DNA of 64,000 bases from a virus. Positions within the stretch are counted from its first letter, which is position 1, and each line of letters begins with the position of its first letter. This document shows positions 41,589 through 55,700 of the stretch, in pieces. The stretch lies in the IMG/VR virus record IMGVR_UViG_3300030085_002462; one strand, written 5' to 3'. The notes beneath the pieces are model-generated. The model ran no database searches. It was not told the origin of the DNA and saw only the letters and a program-made list of their open reading frames with translations. Position numbers and translations under genes: made by a program.

Positions 41589-43700
41589 ATGTCAGCAATC
41601 CCTTCACAATTAACTTCCCTTGACTTTTTTGAGATCAAGGAATCAATCAGATCATACTTAAGGACTCGCAAAGAGTTTTCAGACTATGATTTTGAGGGAT
41701 CTGCTGCGTCATACCTGATTGATACCCTTGCTTACAATACTTACTACACAGCATTCAACGCCAACATGGCAATGAATGAGGCATTTCTTGAAACTGCCAC
41801 TGTAAGAGATAATATTGTCCGTATTGCTAAGCAACTTAACTATACACCTCGCTCTGTTAAGGCATCCAGAGCATGTGTTGAATTGCATGTACAAACAAAT
41901 CAATCCACTAACGGTGTTACCTATCCAGAATTCGTAACATTGGGTGCTGGTGACGTTTTTGTCGCTAGAAACGAAGCAGACGCTTATACGTTTGCAATGC
42001 CACAAGATATTCAAGTGCCCGTCAACCAGCAAAATGGTATGGCGATGTTTAACAGCGTACTAATCTACCAAGGCAACCTTTTGAAGGCAGATTACGTTGT
42101 TGACTACACTAAGAAGCAAGATTATATTGTCCCATCCGAAGATGTGGACACAGAAACACTAATTGTCCAAATTTCACCAAGTGTGCAGTCATCCGAGACT
42201 GATACTTACAATAAAGTGACCAATGCGGTTGCAATTATCAGCACTTCCCGTATTTACTACTTGGAAGAGACTGATGATCTTAGATATCGTCTTATTTTCG
42301 GTGATGGAGTCCTAGGACGTAAGTTGATTGACGGTGAGCACATCAAATTAACCTATATTCGCACAGATGGTCCTCTTGCTAACGGTTGTAAGGACTTTTC
42401 GTTTGTTGGTGTTGCTAGAGACTCTGATGGCAGAGCGATTGCACCTCAAAACATTACTGTAAAGACAAAACTTGCCGCGGCCGATGGTGAAGAGATGGAA
42501 ACACCTCTTTCTATCAAGTTTAGAGCACCTAGAGCATTTGCAACACAGAATAGAGCAGTTACTGAGTCTGATTATGAGCACATTGTGTCTGAGATCTATC
42601 CTCAGGCAGCATCTGTGACTGCATATGGTGGTGAGAAGTTGGTGCCACCTGTTTACGGTAAAGTTTACATTGCTATTCGTCCTAAAACAGGCACTAAGCT
42701 TAATGAGTCAACAAAAGTTGGCATTAAGCAAGATTTATTGAGATATTCAGTTGCATCGATTGAGCCAGTCATCATCGATCCTACAACTTACTACATTATT
42801 CCAAAATCCTACGTTTACTACAACGGAAACCAAACATCTTCCGCTGGTAGTGACATTTCAAGTAAAGTCCTCAAGTCTATTGACAACTTTAACCGTAATG
42901 GTGTTACAAACCGCTTTGGAAACCGTTTAGAAGCATCTCGCTTTGGTGCGATGGTTGACTCTGCTGATAACTCAATCTCTGGTAACGTTACTCAAACAAC
43001 ATTGGGTCAAAACCTTGATCAATTCGCTTTTGGTAACGTTTTCACCCAATGTCTTGATTTTGGCAATCCTCTATATGATCCTAACAACTTTGCTGGCACG
43101 GATCCTAATGGTGGTGCTAATGCTGGCAATGGTGATGATGGGACTGGAAAGTGCACACCTTCCTTCTCAACGGTTAAATCAGGCACATTCTATGCAACTG
43201 GATACACTGAGGATTTGGTTGCCCTTGCAGCGGCAGATGGGACCGTTACAGCGTCCTTTGGCAGTGCTGTAGTATCAACAAGTGAAGAGAATCAAGTCCT
43301 AGTCCCCGTCAATCTAAGAGATGACGGAAAAGGCGGAATCATGCTTGTGACTAAGCGTGATGAAACAGAATTAATCCTTAACCCTGCAGCAGGTACTGTG
43401 GACTACGGCACTGGTAAAGTTTGTGTCGGTCCTATCGCAATCTCAGGTACACCAGATGGCACCACTAGAGTGCCATTGCAGGTTCTTCCATATGGTGGTG
43501 CAATCAACATTCCACCTGGCGTTGATCCTGTTATCTTTAACCCAGAAGTTTTCGCAATCGATTATACAGTGAATGACACCCCTGTCCCCATCTTCGATCC
43601 TAATAATTTCAGTGGATTTAACTTCGGAGATTTGAATATAAATATTCTTGATTATCCTTCGGATACGTTTGTATATCCTGAAATCGATAACTGCTTCTGA
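41589..43700 (+). CDS. gp6: Baseplate wedge subunit gp6
   Basis: LDFFEIKESIRSYL...FSDYDFEGS...LAYNTYY.AFNANM..NE.FL.TA..R; FGDGVLGRK; QNRAVT..DY; YGKVYIAI.P. Confidence 0.95.
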   Translation: MSAIPSQLTSLDFFEIKESIRSYLRTRKEFSDYDFEGSAASYLIDTLAYNTYYTAFNANMAMNEAFLETATVRDNIVRIAKQLNYTPRSVKASRACVELHVQTNQSTNGVTYPEFVTLGAGDVFVARNEADAYTFAMPQDIQVPVNQQNGMAMFNSVLIYQGNLLKADYVVDYTKKQDYIVPSEDVDTETLIVQISPSVQSSETDTYNKVTNAVAIISTSRIYYLEETDDLRYRLIFGDGVLGRKLIDGEHIKLTYIRTDGPLANGCKDFSFVGVARDSDGRAIAPQNITVKTKLAAADGEEMETPLSIKFRAPRAFATQNRAVTESDYEHIVSEIYPQAASVTAYGGEKLVPPVYGKVYIAIRPKTGTKLNESTKVGIKQDLLRYSVASIEPVIIDPTTYYIIPKSYVYYNGNQTSSAGSDISSKVLKSIDNFNRNGVTNRFGNRLEASRFGAMVDSADNSISGNVTQTTLGQNLDQFAFGNVFTQCLDFGNPLYDPNNFAGTDPNGGANAGNGDDGTGKCTPSFSTVKSGTFYATGYTEDLVALAAADGTVTASFGSAVVSTSEENQVLVPVNLRDDGKGGIMLVTKRDETELILNPAAGTVDYGTGKVCVGPIAISGTPDGTTRVPLQVLPYGGAINIPPGVDPVIFNPEVFAIDYTVNDTPVPIFDPNNFSGFNFGDLNINILDYPSDTFVYPEIDNCF

Positions 43701-43711
43701 CCTAGAGAGAT

Positions 43712-46700
43712 ATGTCTTCACAACTGGCAAAAAGAGTCAACGTATCCGATAGAGTTGAATATCAACTTCCTGAGTTTATTAGAGAGGACGATAGACAATT
43801 CGTTAACCTTCTTCTTGAATACTACAGATCTCAAGAGAAAACAGGGCGTCCTTACGATGTTCTAAACAACATCATCAATTATCTTGATCTTGACAACTAT
43901 GGATCTGAAGGGTTGTCAGCTGAAACTCTTTTGCTTCGTGATATTGGTATAACTGACCAATCGATTGAAGTTGAGACCATTGATGGTTTCACAGAGAAAA
44001 ATGGATCGATTCTGATCGATAATGAAATCATTTATTATGAATCTGTATCTAGAGGTCCTGACGCTATCCTGACGCCAGGTATTTCCTACGATCAGTTTAA
44101 GAAAAAGGAGCAGCAACTAGAGAATCCCTTTTCCCTCTTTGACGGCACTCGTAGAAGGTTTGATTTAAGCAACCTAGGCACCCCTGTAGCGCCCCCTACT
44201 GCCAATCACCTCCTAGTTACCACATATAACAACTTCCTCATCCCTAACGTTGATTATACCGTTGATGGTGATGAAATTGTGTTTACCACACCACCTCGTT
44301 TGAGGACTGGTGTTGATGATTCAGAATTTACTCAACTCGTTTACCTTGTAGGTTATGCTGATCAGAGCGTCCTTGAAATGGACGACATCAACTATGAAGT
44401 CTATCAAGGTAAGTCAGAATATCCTCTAAAACTGAATGGGTCTAACTATTATCCCACTTCAGAGATCGGTCTGATTGTTAATAAGAATGGCAACCTTCTT
44501 GTGCCATTTCAAGACTACGTTATTTTCCAAACCAACGATGGAAGCTCTTTTGTTTCCTTTAATGCTGGTGCTTTGGGTGCTGCTGATGTAATTCATATTA
44601 GATCTGTCGAATATAACGCACCTCAGTATGGATCTGGTGCAAAACTAATTTGTGAAGTTAACGAATCCTCTAAAGCACTCTCTGGATTGCAAGTTAAGAG
44701 TGGCGGTAGTGGATATCGTCTAGATTTTGCTCCTAAGGTCGCTATTGTCTCCACAACTGGTGAAGGTGCTGCAGCAAGATCACTTGTTGGTGGTATTAAA
44801 GATATTCAACTTATTAGTGGTGGTCAAGGTTACACATCCTTCAACCCACCCATTCCTTTTGTATCTGCTCCAACAAATCCTAATGGATCTAGAGCAGAGA
44901 TCGAAATTGAGGTAGATGATACATCTGGACAAGTCTCTTCTATCAGAATTACTAACTCTGGTAGTGGATATGACTTTATTCCTGCAATTTCTTTCATCAA
45001 TCCTGCTGGTGCAAAGATTAGTGATCCAACAATCGACTCTGAAGGTCGTGTCAACGTTGATAGCATTCAGGTTACTAAAACTGGTGTAGGATATAAGAAT
45101 GCTCCTGTTGTTTACATTGATCCAGCACCTGACGGTGGTATCAATGCTCAAGCAACTTCTAGAATCAACTCTGATGGTCAAGTTATTGAGATTCAAGTCA
45201 ATAACAGAGGTAGAGGATATGTAACTCCTCCTAGAGCAAGAATTATCGATCCAGTTGGTGCTCAAGTCCTTGATGTAACTGTTGCATCAGGTGCTGTCAC
45301 TGAAATTGAAATGTTGACTGGTGGTATGGGTTATACTGATCCACCATCTGTGTATATTGTTGATGATCGCAAAGATGCTTACGGTAATCCCGTTGGTGGA
45401 CAAGGTGCTAAGGCAGTTGCGACTATTTTTAACGGTGAGATCACTGATATCAACATTACTGACTTTGGTAGTGGATATTCTGATCAATTCCCTCCAAAAA
45501 TCTATATTGCTGAGCCTGCTGCTGCTAAAGCATCTGTAAATATCGGATATGATGAAGTTACTGGTTTTGAAATCATTAGAGGTGGTAAAGAGTATTCTCC
45601 ATCAGCACTTTTAGGTTGTGCTCGTGGTGTTTCTAATGTTATTGGTTTTGATGACCTTGGAAACCAAATTTATGCAAGAGAAGAGCAACTTGCTAACACT
45701 AACCATAATGCAGGGACCAGAATTGTTAATCTGGACTCTATTTTCGTTAAAGAGGTCTTTGATCGTTTTAGAAGGCAGTATCTGCCAACTCTAGAGATCA
45801 ACTATGACAGAATTAACCCTGTCCAAGTAATTAAGACCATTAGAGACTTCTATGCCTCTAAAGGCACTAAGATGTCTACTCAATACCTCTTCAAAATTCT
45901 GTTTGGAGAGGATGTTGATGTTTTCTATCCAAAAGACGAAATTATCAGTCCTTCCCATGCAACTTGGGTTGTTGACACGATTCTTCGTGCAGAATTGATT
46001 TCTGGTGATCCTAGAAACCTAATTGATGGTCAACTTAACCAATATAGAGATGAAGTTGACACAAACATTAGAGAAGCATCTGCTTTGATCGAAAACGTCA
46101 TTTCTATCATTCAAGGCACCGATACAATCTACGAATTGGCGATTTCTGAGGAAACGCTCGTTGGTCAGTTTATAATTCCTTATAAGACTCGTCTTGTCGA
46201 GCCTTTGAATACAACTGGTCAAATTATCACGGTTGACTCGACGATTGGATGGCCTGAGAGAAATGGCACCATCCTAATCAACGATGAAGAGCAAGTCCAG
46301 TATAAAGAGAAGTCTCTTAACCAATTCATCGAATGTACTCGCTCTAAAAACGGTATTGTAGAAGATTGGGATCCTGGCACTATTGTCCAGTCCGATATCT
46401 TCGTTTATGTCAATAAAGACACTCCTACAGAGTGTAAGTTGAGAATTCTTGGTATTGCTGAAGCAGGCACCACTGTTTTGGATGATACTGGATCTTACTA
46501 CCTTCCTAGTGACAAATTGAAGGTTGCATCTCTGGGATCTTCTGCAGAAGATGAAAGACTGTCTTCTTGGCTTTATAATGTTAAAAAACTAATCCAGGTC
46601 TCCAGTGTTACGCCTGGTGGTGATAATAATCAAACTGCAACTGTTGTTTGCGATAACCCTCATGGTTTGTTGGTTTCTGACCAAGTTACGATTTATGGTG

Positions 46701-49700
46701 CAAACCCTGTTATCTACAACGGCACATTTGCTGTTACTTCTCGTATTGACGAATATCAATTCTCATACCGTCTAGCACAGCCTACAGACATTATTCCACA
46801 GGGTAACATTCTACTTTCGGTGGACCTCAACCGAGGAAAATCTGATGTTACTTCAATCAACAAGGTTGTTTCTGAGTTTACAACTAATATCCAAAACTCC
46901 TTCTTTAACGATGATTATGTCTATGTTGCTGCTAGTGGCTTACCTAATTACAAGATTGGCCCTTTCACAGGATCCGCGTTAATTCCTGGCAACCAGCGTA
47001 AGTTGATGCGTTTCCCAAGAAACGTATTGACTGTTTCTGAAAGACAAGACATTCAACCCAATACCTCAATCGGATCATGGGTTAATGGTGTTTCTATCTG
47101 GTCTTACAAGTCTTCTGAGTATGTCCAGTTTGGTCCTCTTACCAATATCACTGTAGATGGTGGTGGTGAAGGATATGATGCTGGCGCTAAACCCAACCTT
47201 GAAATTATTGGTGGTGGCGGCACAGGAGCATCAGGTAGTGTTGTTGTTAACGGTAGTCTCACATCTTTCGATGTTACTGAAGGTGGTAGTGGATATACCG
47301 ATTCACCTCTAATCTCCATCGTTGGCGGTGGTGGTAGTGGAGGCACAGCAAGAGCCGTCGTTACTGGTGGTCGCGTCACCAGAATTCTGGTTGATTCACC
47401 AGGTACAGGATATACATCACAACCTGACGTTGCTATTACAGGTGGTGGTGGATCTGGTGCTGCAGCGACTGCAAACGTCCGTGGTCCAATCTCATCTGTG
47501 ATGATTGACAGTTTTGGTAGTGGATATACTTCACTGCCTCAAATCAGAGTTAACTCTGGTGAAAATGCTTTGGCACAACCTATTGTTATTAATGGTCGTA
47601 TTGTTTCAATCGCTATTATTAACTCTGGTAACTCTTACACCACAGCACCTAACGTCATTATTAATGGTGATGGTTTCGGTGCTATTGCTCAAGCAACCAT
47701 TGGCACATTTGGTGAAGATAAGGGTAAAGTGCTTAGTATTCAAATCCTTAACAGAGGTATTGGATATACTCAAGGAAACACTACTGTTAGACTGGAAGCA
47801 GTTGGTCAGAATGCAACATTCACACCTACTGTTTACAGATGGTATAGAAACAATCAGTATGACCTTGGTAGTAACTATGACTTTGCTAGAGGTTATGTCT
47901 TTACTGGTCTTAATAACGCATTCGGTGGTGAGTATGCTCACCTAAGTGATCCTAAGGAATTGCGTTATGTGGTTGGTGATAACGTATTCTTGAATCCTGT
48001 TACCCAACAATTCCAAGAGCTTTCTTCCAATTTTAGTCATTCTCCTATTCTTGGATGGGCATTTGATGGTAACCCCATCTATGGTCCTTATGCATATGCA
48101 GATCCAACTGATCAAAACAGTGGTATCCGTCGTATGCGCACTTCATACAAATTGAAGACAAATGTCGTATTTGACGCTGCAACTAATCCCAATCCTTCAA
48201 GGACAGATGGTCCTCCACTGGCATCCTATCCTGCAGGACAATTTGTTGCTGATTACTACTACGATTTCCAATCTGGTGACCTAGACAACTATAACGGTCG
48301 TTTCTGTAAGACACCTGAGTATCCTGATGGTGTATATGCATATTTCATCACTGTTGATGCTTCTGAAGCTGGTGTTGCAGAATTCCCTTATATCCTTGGT
48401 CCTCAGTTTAACTCTCTTCCAGATCAGTGGAATTTGGGTCAAGGTGCAACTCAGGAAAATATTCCTCAAGATGTTGTCCGTTATAGAGATCCTTATGTCA
48501 ATGTTGACATTGATATTGATCGTCAACCAAACCAAGAGTCAGATGTCCTAACAACTGAGATTGAAGGATATCCTCTCATCTTTGAGATTCAAGATAGCAA
48601 CAATGATGGTGTTATTGATGCTTCTGAGCAGCAAGAGACCTTAGAGATGACTACAGAGGCAACTCTGCAGATCTATGACTACTTCCCTCAAGTCCCACCT
48701 GAATCAAGAGTTGACATTGAAGTTGAGACAACTACTCAGTTTGAAGATGCTCAAATTGACGGATTTGTTATTGAAAACCCTGGCGTTTCTTATCAGGTTA
48801 ATGATACTGTTTTCTTCAACAATGAAGGCACAGAGGGTTATGGTGCGTCCGCAATTATTGATTCTGTTAAGGGTCAAGTAATTCAAGCATATCAAAAAGA
48901 AATTATTGGTGACCAACCTTATGGTAAGATCACCACTGCTGAAATTCACGATTTGAAACAGCAAGACGGTATTATTGTTAACTCTAGACCTATTGCTGAT
49001 AATACCAACAAAGCATTTAAGAATGTTGTTGTATCTGGTATTGAGACTGTTTCTATCGATCAGGTTGGTAGAGGTTATAATTCAGACCTCCCTCCTGTCT
49101 ATGAATTGATCACATCACAAGGTAGTGATGCTGAATTTAGAATTAATCTAGAATCTAATGGTGGTATTAGCACCGTTGATATTCTTAACTCTGGTAATGG
49201 ATACGATGTTGATAATCCTCCTCAGATTCGTGTTACCCATCCTCAACAGTATAAGAAGACTCGTTACTGGTTGAGTGAGTATATTGAAGCTGATGGTCAG
49301 TTGATGATCCATGATAGTAAGATCACTGCGGATCGCTATCTGTATATTTGTGGATCTATTGAAATCGGCAATGGTAACATGGCAGGTTTCCTTGCTAAGT
49401 TTGATGATCTTGGAAGACTTGTTTGGGAAAGACACTTACAACCTATTAACACTGGTGATAAGAGAAGTGAATTCCTTAGAATGTATATCAATGAGTCTTA
49501 TGAAAACGACCGTATTTATGTTGCAGGCCAAACTTATTCTCCTACAAACGACCTGTTTAACCCAGATATTTGGGTTGGTATGTATGAGTCTGGATTTAAC
49601 ACTGCAAACGCTCCAGACGGTCTTCTTCAATGGCAGAAGTCTATTGCAGGTATCTCTGGCACAACTAGAAGAGACTACATTACTTCTATCAGTCTAGATG

Positions 49701-52700
49701 CCGAAGAGCGTATCTACCTTGCAGGTTATACTAATACTAACTCACCTGATCCCGATGATATTTGGGTTATTCAGGCAGACCAAGATGGTGACGTTGTTGA
49801 GAAGCGTAAGTTTGCCTCTATTGATGGTAATGAGAGACTTGAGCAAATTGCTGATCTTGGTAATAACAGATTCTTCTGGGTTGGTGTTAACGAAGATAAT
49901 GATGACTGCTTATATGGTGTCTTCTTCTATGATGGTGCAAACCTTGAGATGGAATATGCCAAGCAGGTTACTGTTACTGGTGGTTATGTAAGAAATCCAA
50001 GATTCGTCATCGATGAATATCAAGATGTCTTCATTCTTTGGGATTTCTATAATAATGCTACTAGCGTTTGGGAAAAGGTCCAGCTCAGCAGAATTTCACT
50101 TGCTAATACAGCATCTGGTGGATCCTTTACATGGTCTAAGACTATTGCTCTTACACCAATGGATTCTGTTACACCTATCAGTATCCAACATGCTGGTCTC
50201 AACCTAGATGAGTTTGGTAATATCAGTGTTGTTACTGATATGAAGTATAAGCAGAATGTCCGAGTGGCAGGTCTGACATACTTTAAGTATGACGGCACAG
50301 TGCTCCGTCAATCCTATCTTGAGGATACCAATAGTGCTGGTTTCTCCGTTAAGTCTCACGTTGTTGATTCTTCTGGTGACCCAATCATGGTTTGTGAGCG
50401 TCAGCTTCCAGATCAGGCTGCAGCATTCAGATTTACTGAAGATGGTAATAATTGGAATGAAGATTTCACCAAGCGTAAGTTGGCACCTCTTTCAGTTATT
50501 GATACTGCTGCAAGTGCTTGGGAGCGTGATACAACTGCATATAAGTGGGGTCCTGCATCACTCAAACTCAAGACATCTAATGCTGTAAAGGCAACTAACT
50601 TTAATAGAAATGTCCAACCAGAATGGTGTGTTGAAGGTTGGTATTCTATGGATGGCACCAATCATGGTGTTAACCATCAACCTAAAATGATGACCGTTGT
50701 GCCTGTCGCAGGTAAGACAGCACATTTCATTATCGATGGTGATTCAACATCTGCAAACTATCAGAAAGTCCTACTTTACTTTGATGGTGTTGAGGTTGCT
50801 TCCTCTACTACTGCATACAACTGGACTACATTTGCATCTAGTGCATGGGTCCATCTATCATTCTCTAAAGAGAATCCTACTGTTGGTAGTTACACTTATA
50901 GAGTGTTTGTCAACGGTGTTGCAATGATCGAATTGGTCTCTACTGAAGATATCGGTCTTGATGACGTTTACTGGGCAAGTGATTCTACTCCTAGTGCTTC
51001 CGATGCCTTCCTTGGTAACCTTGACGATCTCGTTGTTTCTGAAACAGCAAAATATACTGCAACTTATACTGTCCCTGCTGATTACGTTGAAATTACAACT
51101 CAAGCATCTGATGTTGCAATCTATAAGGTTGACAGACTGCATACCGAGCGTGGTGATAAGACACTTACAACTCTCAACAACTATACACAATTCTCATTCA
51201 GTGAAAACTTCAACGTTAATGTCCAGACTGTAACCAACGGTGCTATTAGTAATTGGGAAGAAGGTCCTGGCGGTCTGCAGATTCTTGACATGTCGTATAC
51301 TATTGCGACTATGATTCCAGCAACAGTTGCTCTGTCTACTAATGTTGAAATCTTTGGATCTAAGACATCTACTGTCCCAACACCTAGAGGTCAGAAACTT
51401 AAACTGTCTTCTAACGTTGTGCCAAAATTCTATATTAGAGATGCACTGTATAGTAAGATTGATAACGTTAAGGAATTTACTTTCAACCAAGATTGTAAAT
51501 TCACAAAAGGTAGTATTATCCAACAGGTGAATGCTGCTGGTGTTGTCCAAGCATACGGCACTATTGTTGAATCTCCTGCAGGTGGAATCAATACTCCTGG
51601 TCTCGGCACCAAATATAAGGTTGGTAAGATCTTCGGCACATTTAATAATACAGATCTGTTTAAGAATGATCTTGATGAGATCAATCATATCACTGGTGTT
51701 TATTTCGATACTGAGGAAGCAGAGATTCCATGGGCATCTGGTACTGCATATGCTCAGGGTGATAGAGTTTATAGTGATAAGAAAATCTATGAGGCACAGG
51801 GTGCTGGCACATCTGGCACAATTACACCTATCCACACTGCTGGTGTTGCTTCTGATGGTGTAATTAACTGGGCATTCATTGATGATTCAGGTAAGTTTAC
51901 TATTGATGCTGCAAACCATCCATATCAGATTCCTGAATACCAAGGATCCGATATGATTGAATGGGATGCACACATCCTGTATGCACCTGGTTATAGAATT
52001 TGGAAAGGTCTTAATGTGTATGAAACCACCAATGGTGGTGTTTCTGGCACAACTCCTCCCACTCATACAACTGGCACAGTTAACGACGGTAACGTAGATT
52101 GGACATTTGTTGAGACTAGAGAGGCACTTGGCACATATGCTAGATTCATGGCATATGATGAAGATTTCTATACAGTTAGAATTGAAGAGATTCAACCTGG
52201 ATCTACTTACATTCCTGGCGATGTTATCAGTATTAGATCTGATAATATTGAAATTGATGAAACTGAGAAGATCCTTAGAGTTGTAAATCTTCCTTCAGTT
52301 AAAAAGATTCGTGTAACTTCTACCGTTAAGAAAGATATTATTCGCACCGCTGAGGTCCGCACTGATCAAGTTTATGCAACATCAGTTACTAGACATAATT
52401 ATAATAACGGTGAGATTCTTTATACAACTGGATTCTCTCAGACAGCATTTAACGGATCATTCTTTGTTAAAGAAGTATTTGGTAGTAGAGAATTCACATT
52501 TACTATCAGAGATACTGCTGTAGAAGAGCCTGCATTCTTGCAGAGCGCTATTTCTAATGTCAACATTTATGCTAAGCACCCAACTCTGACATTTACCAGA
52601 GGTCATGCATATGTGTTTGATCTAGCAGATCCTTCTAACTTTGGTTATTACTTGTCCTTCTCTCAGGACAACCAGTATAAACTGGAGTATTCATTCAACA

Positions 52701-55700
52701 ATATTACTAGAGAAGGCACACCTGGTGTTCCAACAACCAGCACTGCACCTTTTGTTAAGTTTACTGTATTGGGTGACGTTACAAATATTTCTTACTACTT
52801 TGACCCATCAAGAGTTGGAGCTAATTCTCCTGTTGGTGATAAGTCGTTTATTGATGTCATCAAGACACCTTATGATGGCACATTTACAATTTCTGAAATT
52901 ATTACAGATACTGAGTTTAGATTCCCACTCGTTAGAGAGCCTGAGCAAACATCTGCTGAGGTTGGCACTGATGAGTTTGACAATGCATACTCATATTATT
53001 CAACGACATCTACCAAAGCAGTTGGTCCTATCAACAGCATCAAACTGGTATCACCTGGTGGATTCTATAAGAGACTTCCTATCATCTCTGATATTGCATC
53101 TTATCGTCAAATTGAGAAGATCAACATCACAGATGGTGGCACAGAATATGCACCTGGCGTCTACTATGATGTAGGCATCCTTGGTGATGGTGAAGGTGCT
53201 AAAGCAACTATCACTGTTGAGATTGATGATGAGACAGGATCAGGCACCATTACAGGTGTTGCTATTACAGATCCTGGCAAAGGTTACACTACCGCTTCGA
53301 TTGATATTGATGCTATTCCTGGCATTCTTGGTCCAACTCTTGCTGGATCTGGTGCTGCATTAGAAGTGGTGATCCCCGAAGAGGGATCTGGCGCGTCTGT
53401 TTTCCTCACTGGTAGGAATATTGGTAAGATTAAGAGACTGAAGAATAATGAGTTTGGTTATGGTTATTCTCATGACTATACTCTACGTCCTGAAATCTCC
53501 TTCCCAGTTAACCTACAACTCTTTAATACTTCGATCCTAACTCAGATTAAGATCACCAATCCAGGTTCTGGTTATACCTCTGCTCCTGCCGTTGTCATTG
53601 AAGGTGGCGGTGGTGAAGGTGCACAGGCAGAAGCGATTGTTAAAAACAACCGTCTTTCTGAAATTGTAATTAAGAATCCAGGTCAAGGTTATTCATCTGA
53701 GCCCATAGTCACACTTAAGTCTGAGTTTAACTACGTTGTTAACCTCGACCTCAACTATCTGCAGTTTAACTTCCCTCACGGTATCACCACTGGTGCTGCT
53801 GTCCAATTCCGTGCTGATGATGTTGGCACAACTGAGGGTGAGCTCCCCAAACCTAGCAGCGTTGGTTTGACCTCTTTGGTTGAAGGTCAGATCTACTATG
53901 CAATCGCTGGTAACCAAAACTCTCTTGAATCTGATCAAATCAGATTTGCTTTGACACCTCAAGCAGCGGCAACTGGTGACTTTATTACCTTCTTGACTCA
54001 AGGTAGTGGTCGTCAAGTCCTTCTTACTGAAGTCTTTGGAGGCACAGCAGAAGCAATCGTTTCTACTTCCAGATTCTTGGAAGGTGAAGAGGTATTCCAA
54101 GGTCCTAGCCTTGAGCAAGCAACTGCAACCGCTGTTGTGTCTACAAACACTGGTTGGCAGATTGGTCCTAAGATTCTAAAACTTGTCAACAACCAAGGCG
54201 ATTTTGTCCAAGGTGAAAAAGTTACAGGCACAGTTTCTAAGGCATCTGGTGTTATCGATAACTTGAATATTGCTAAGGGCGTCCTGAATATTGGATCTCT
54301 TACCAAGACACCTGGTAAGTTTATTGATGACGTTGGTAAACCTTCTGAAATTGTCCAGAAAATTCAAGACTCTTTCTTCTACCAAAACTTCTCTTATGTT
54401 ATTAAGTCTGAGATTCCTATCACAGAGTGGAAAACTCAGATTCTTGAAAACAACCACCCTGCAGGTTTCAACCTCTTCGGTCAATTACAACTGACTGGTG
54501 GTAAAGACGTTTCTGGTCGTAAGATCGGCACTGAGTTTATTAAGAATGTTAATATCTTTGATTATGCAAATGTCAACCAGATTACATCCTTCGGTGCTGC
54601 ACAACCTATCTACACCGATTATAACAACACTGAGGTGCTTTTCCGTAAGAGAAGACTGACTTCTTCTGAGGAAATTCTTACTTCTATTGTTAAGAAACTG
54701 GATGATATCTCTGGTCAATTTGATGGTGTCCAGAAGAGTTTCCCACTTACAGTGGAGAATGAAAGTGTCATTGTTAAAGATGACCAGTTGATGATTACAA
54801 TTAACGGTATCATCCAGTCTCCTAGAATCTCTTACAGCATTGTTGGTGGTAACATCGTATTTGCTGAAGCACCTAAACCACCTTCTAAGGTTGTTTATAG
54901 AAATATCAGAGTTACACCTGTTGAGATCTATAGAATTGAGTTGTATCAAGTTGGTGGTATTTTCCCAACATTAGGTCAGCAAATCCAAGGTCAGGCAAAT
55001 GATACATTTGCAACTGTGATTGACACAGGAGCAAGTAGTATTGATGTTATTAATATCACTGGCACTCCATTCCAACTTAATGAGCAATTAAGAAGAGGCA
55101 CTATATTCTCAGCATTGGTCCAATCTGTGACTCTGCTGAATTCAGATACCATCTTTGAATTTGGTGAGTCTATCACCAATCTCAATGGTGATACTGCTAA
55201 GATTGAAGAGACTAACCTCAATGATGGTGTTGTTACTGATGCTTTGGTTATCAGTAAAACTTCTGGTACATCTGACGAAGAAACTGGTCAGTTTAACATT
55301 AGATTGAATGATTACGTCTACTCTGCAGCTACTAAGATTGCAGGTCAGGTTTCCTTCATCTCTCCATACTTAGATCCTAATACTGGTGAGCCAGTTGACA
55401 CTCTAACAATTAACGCTGGATCAACATTCTTTGGTCTGTTGTTTGAGCGTCTGCTTTCTATCACCAATCCTAACGTTGTCTTGGATGATATTTCCAAGTC
55501 TACGATTACACCTACTGAATTGTATAACGCAGATAATAGAATCAACGCTGACTTCCTTGACTTTGAAGATGTAAGATCTTCTGAGGTTGTCATGACAGAT
55601 CTCACTGGTGGACAATTCTCAGAAGGTGAGTTGATTCGTAACAAGAAAGTTGATTATATTAACGAAGTTACTACAGCAATTAGTCGTTACTATGATGCTG

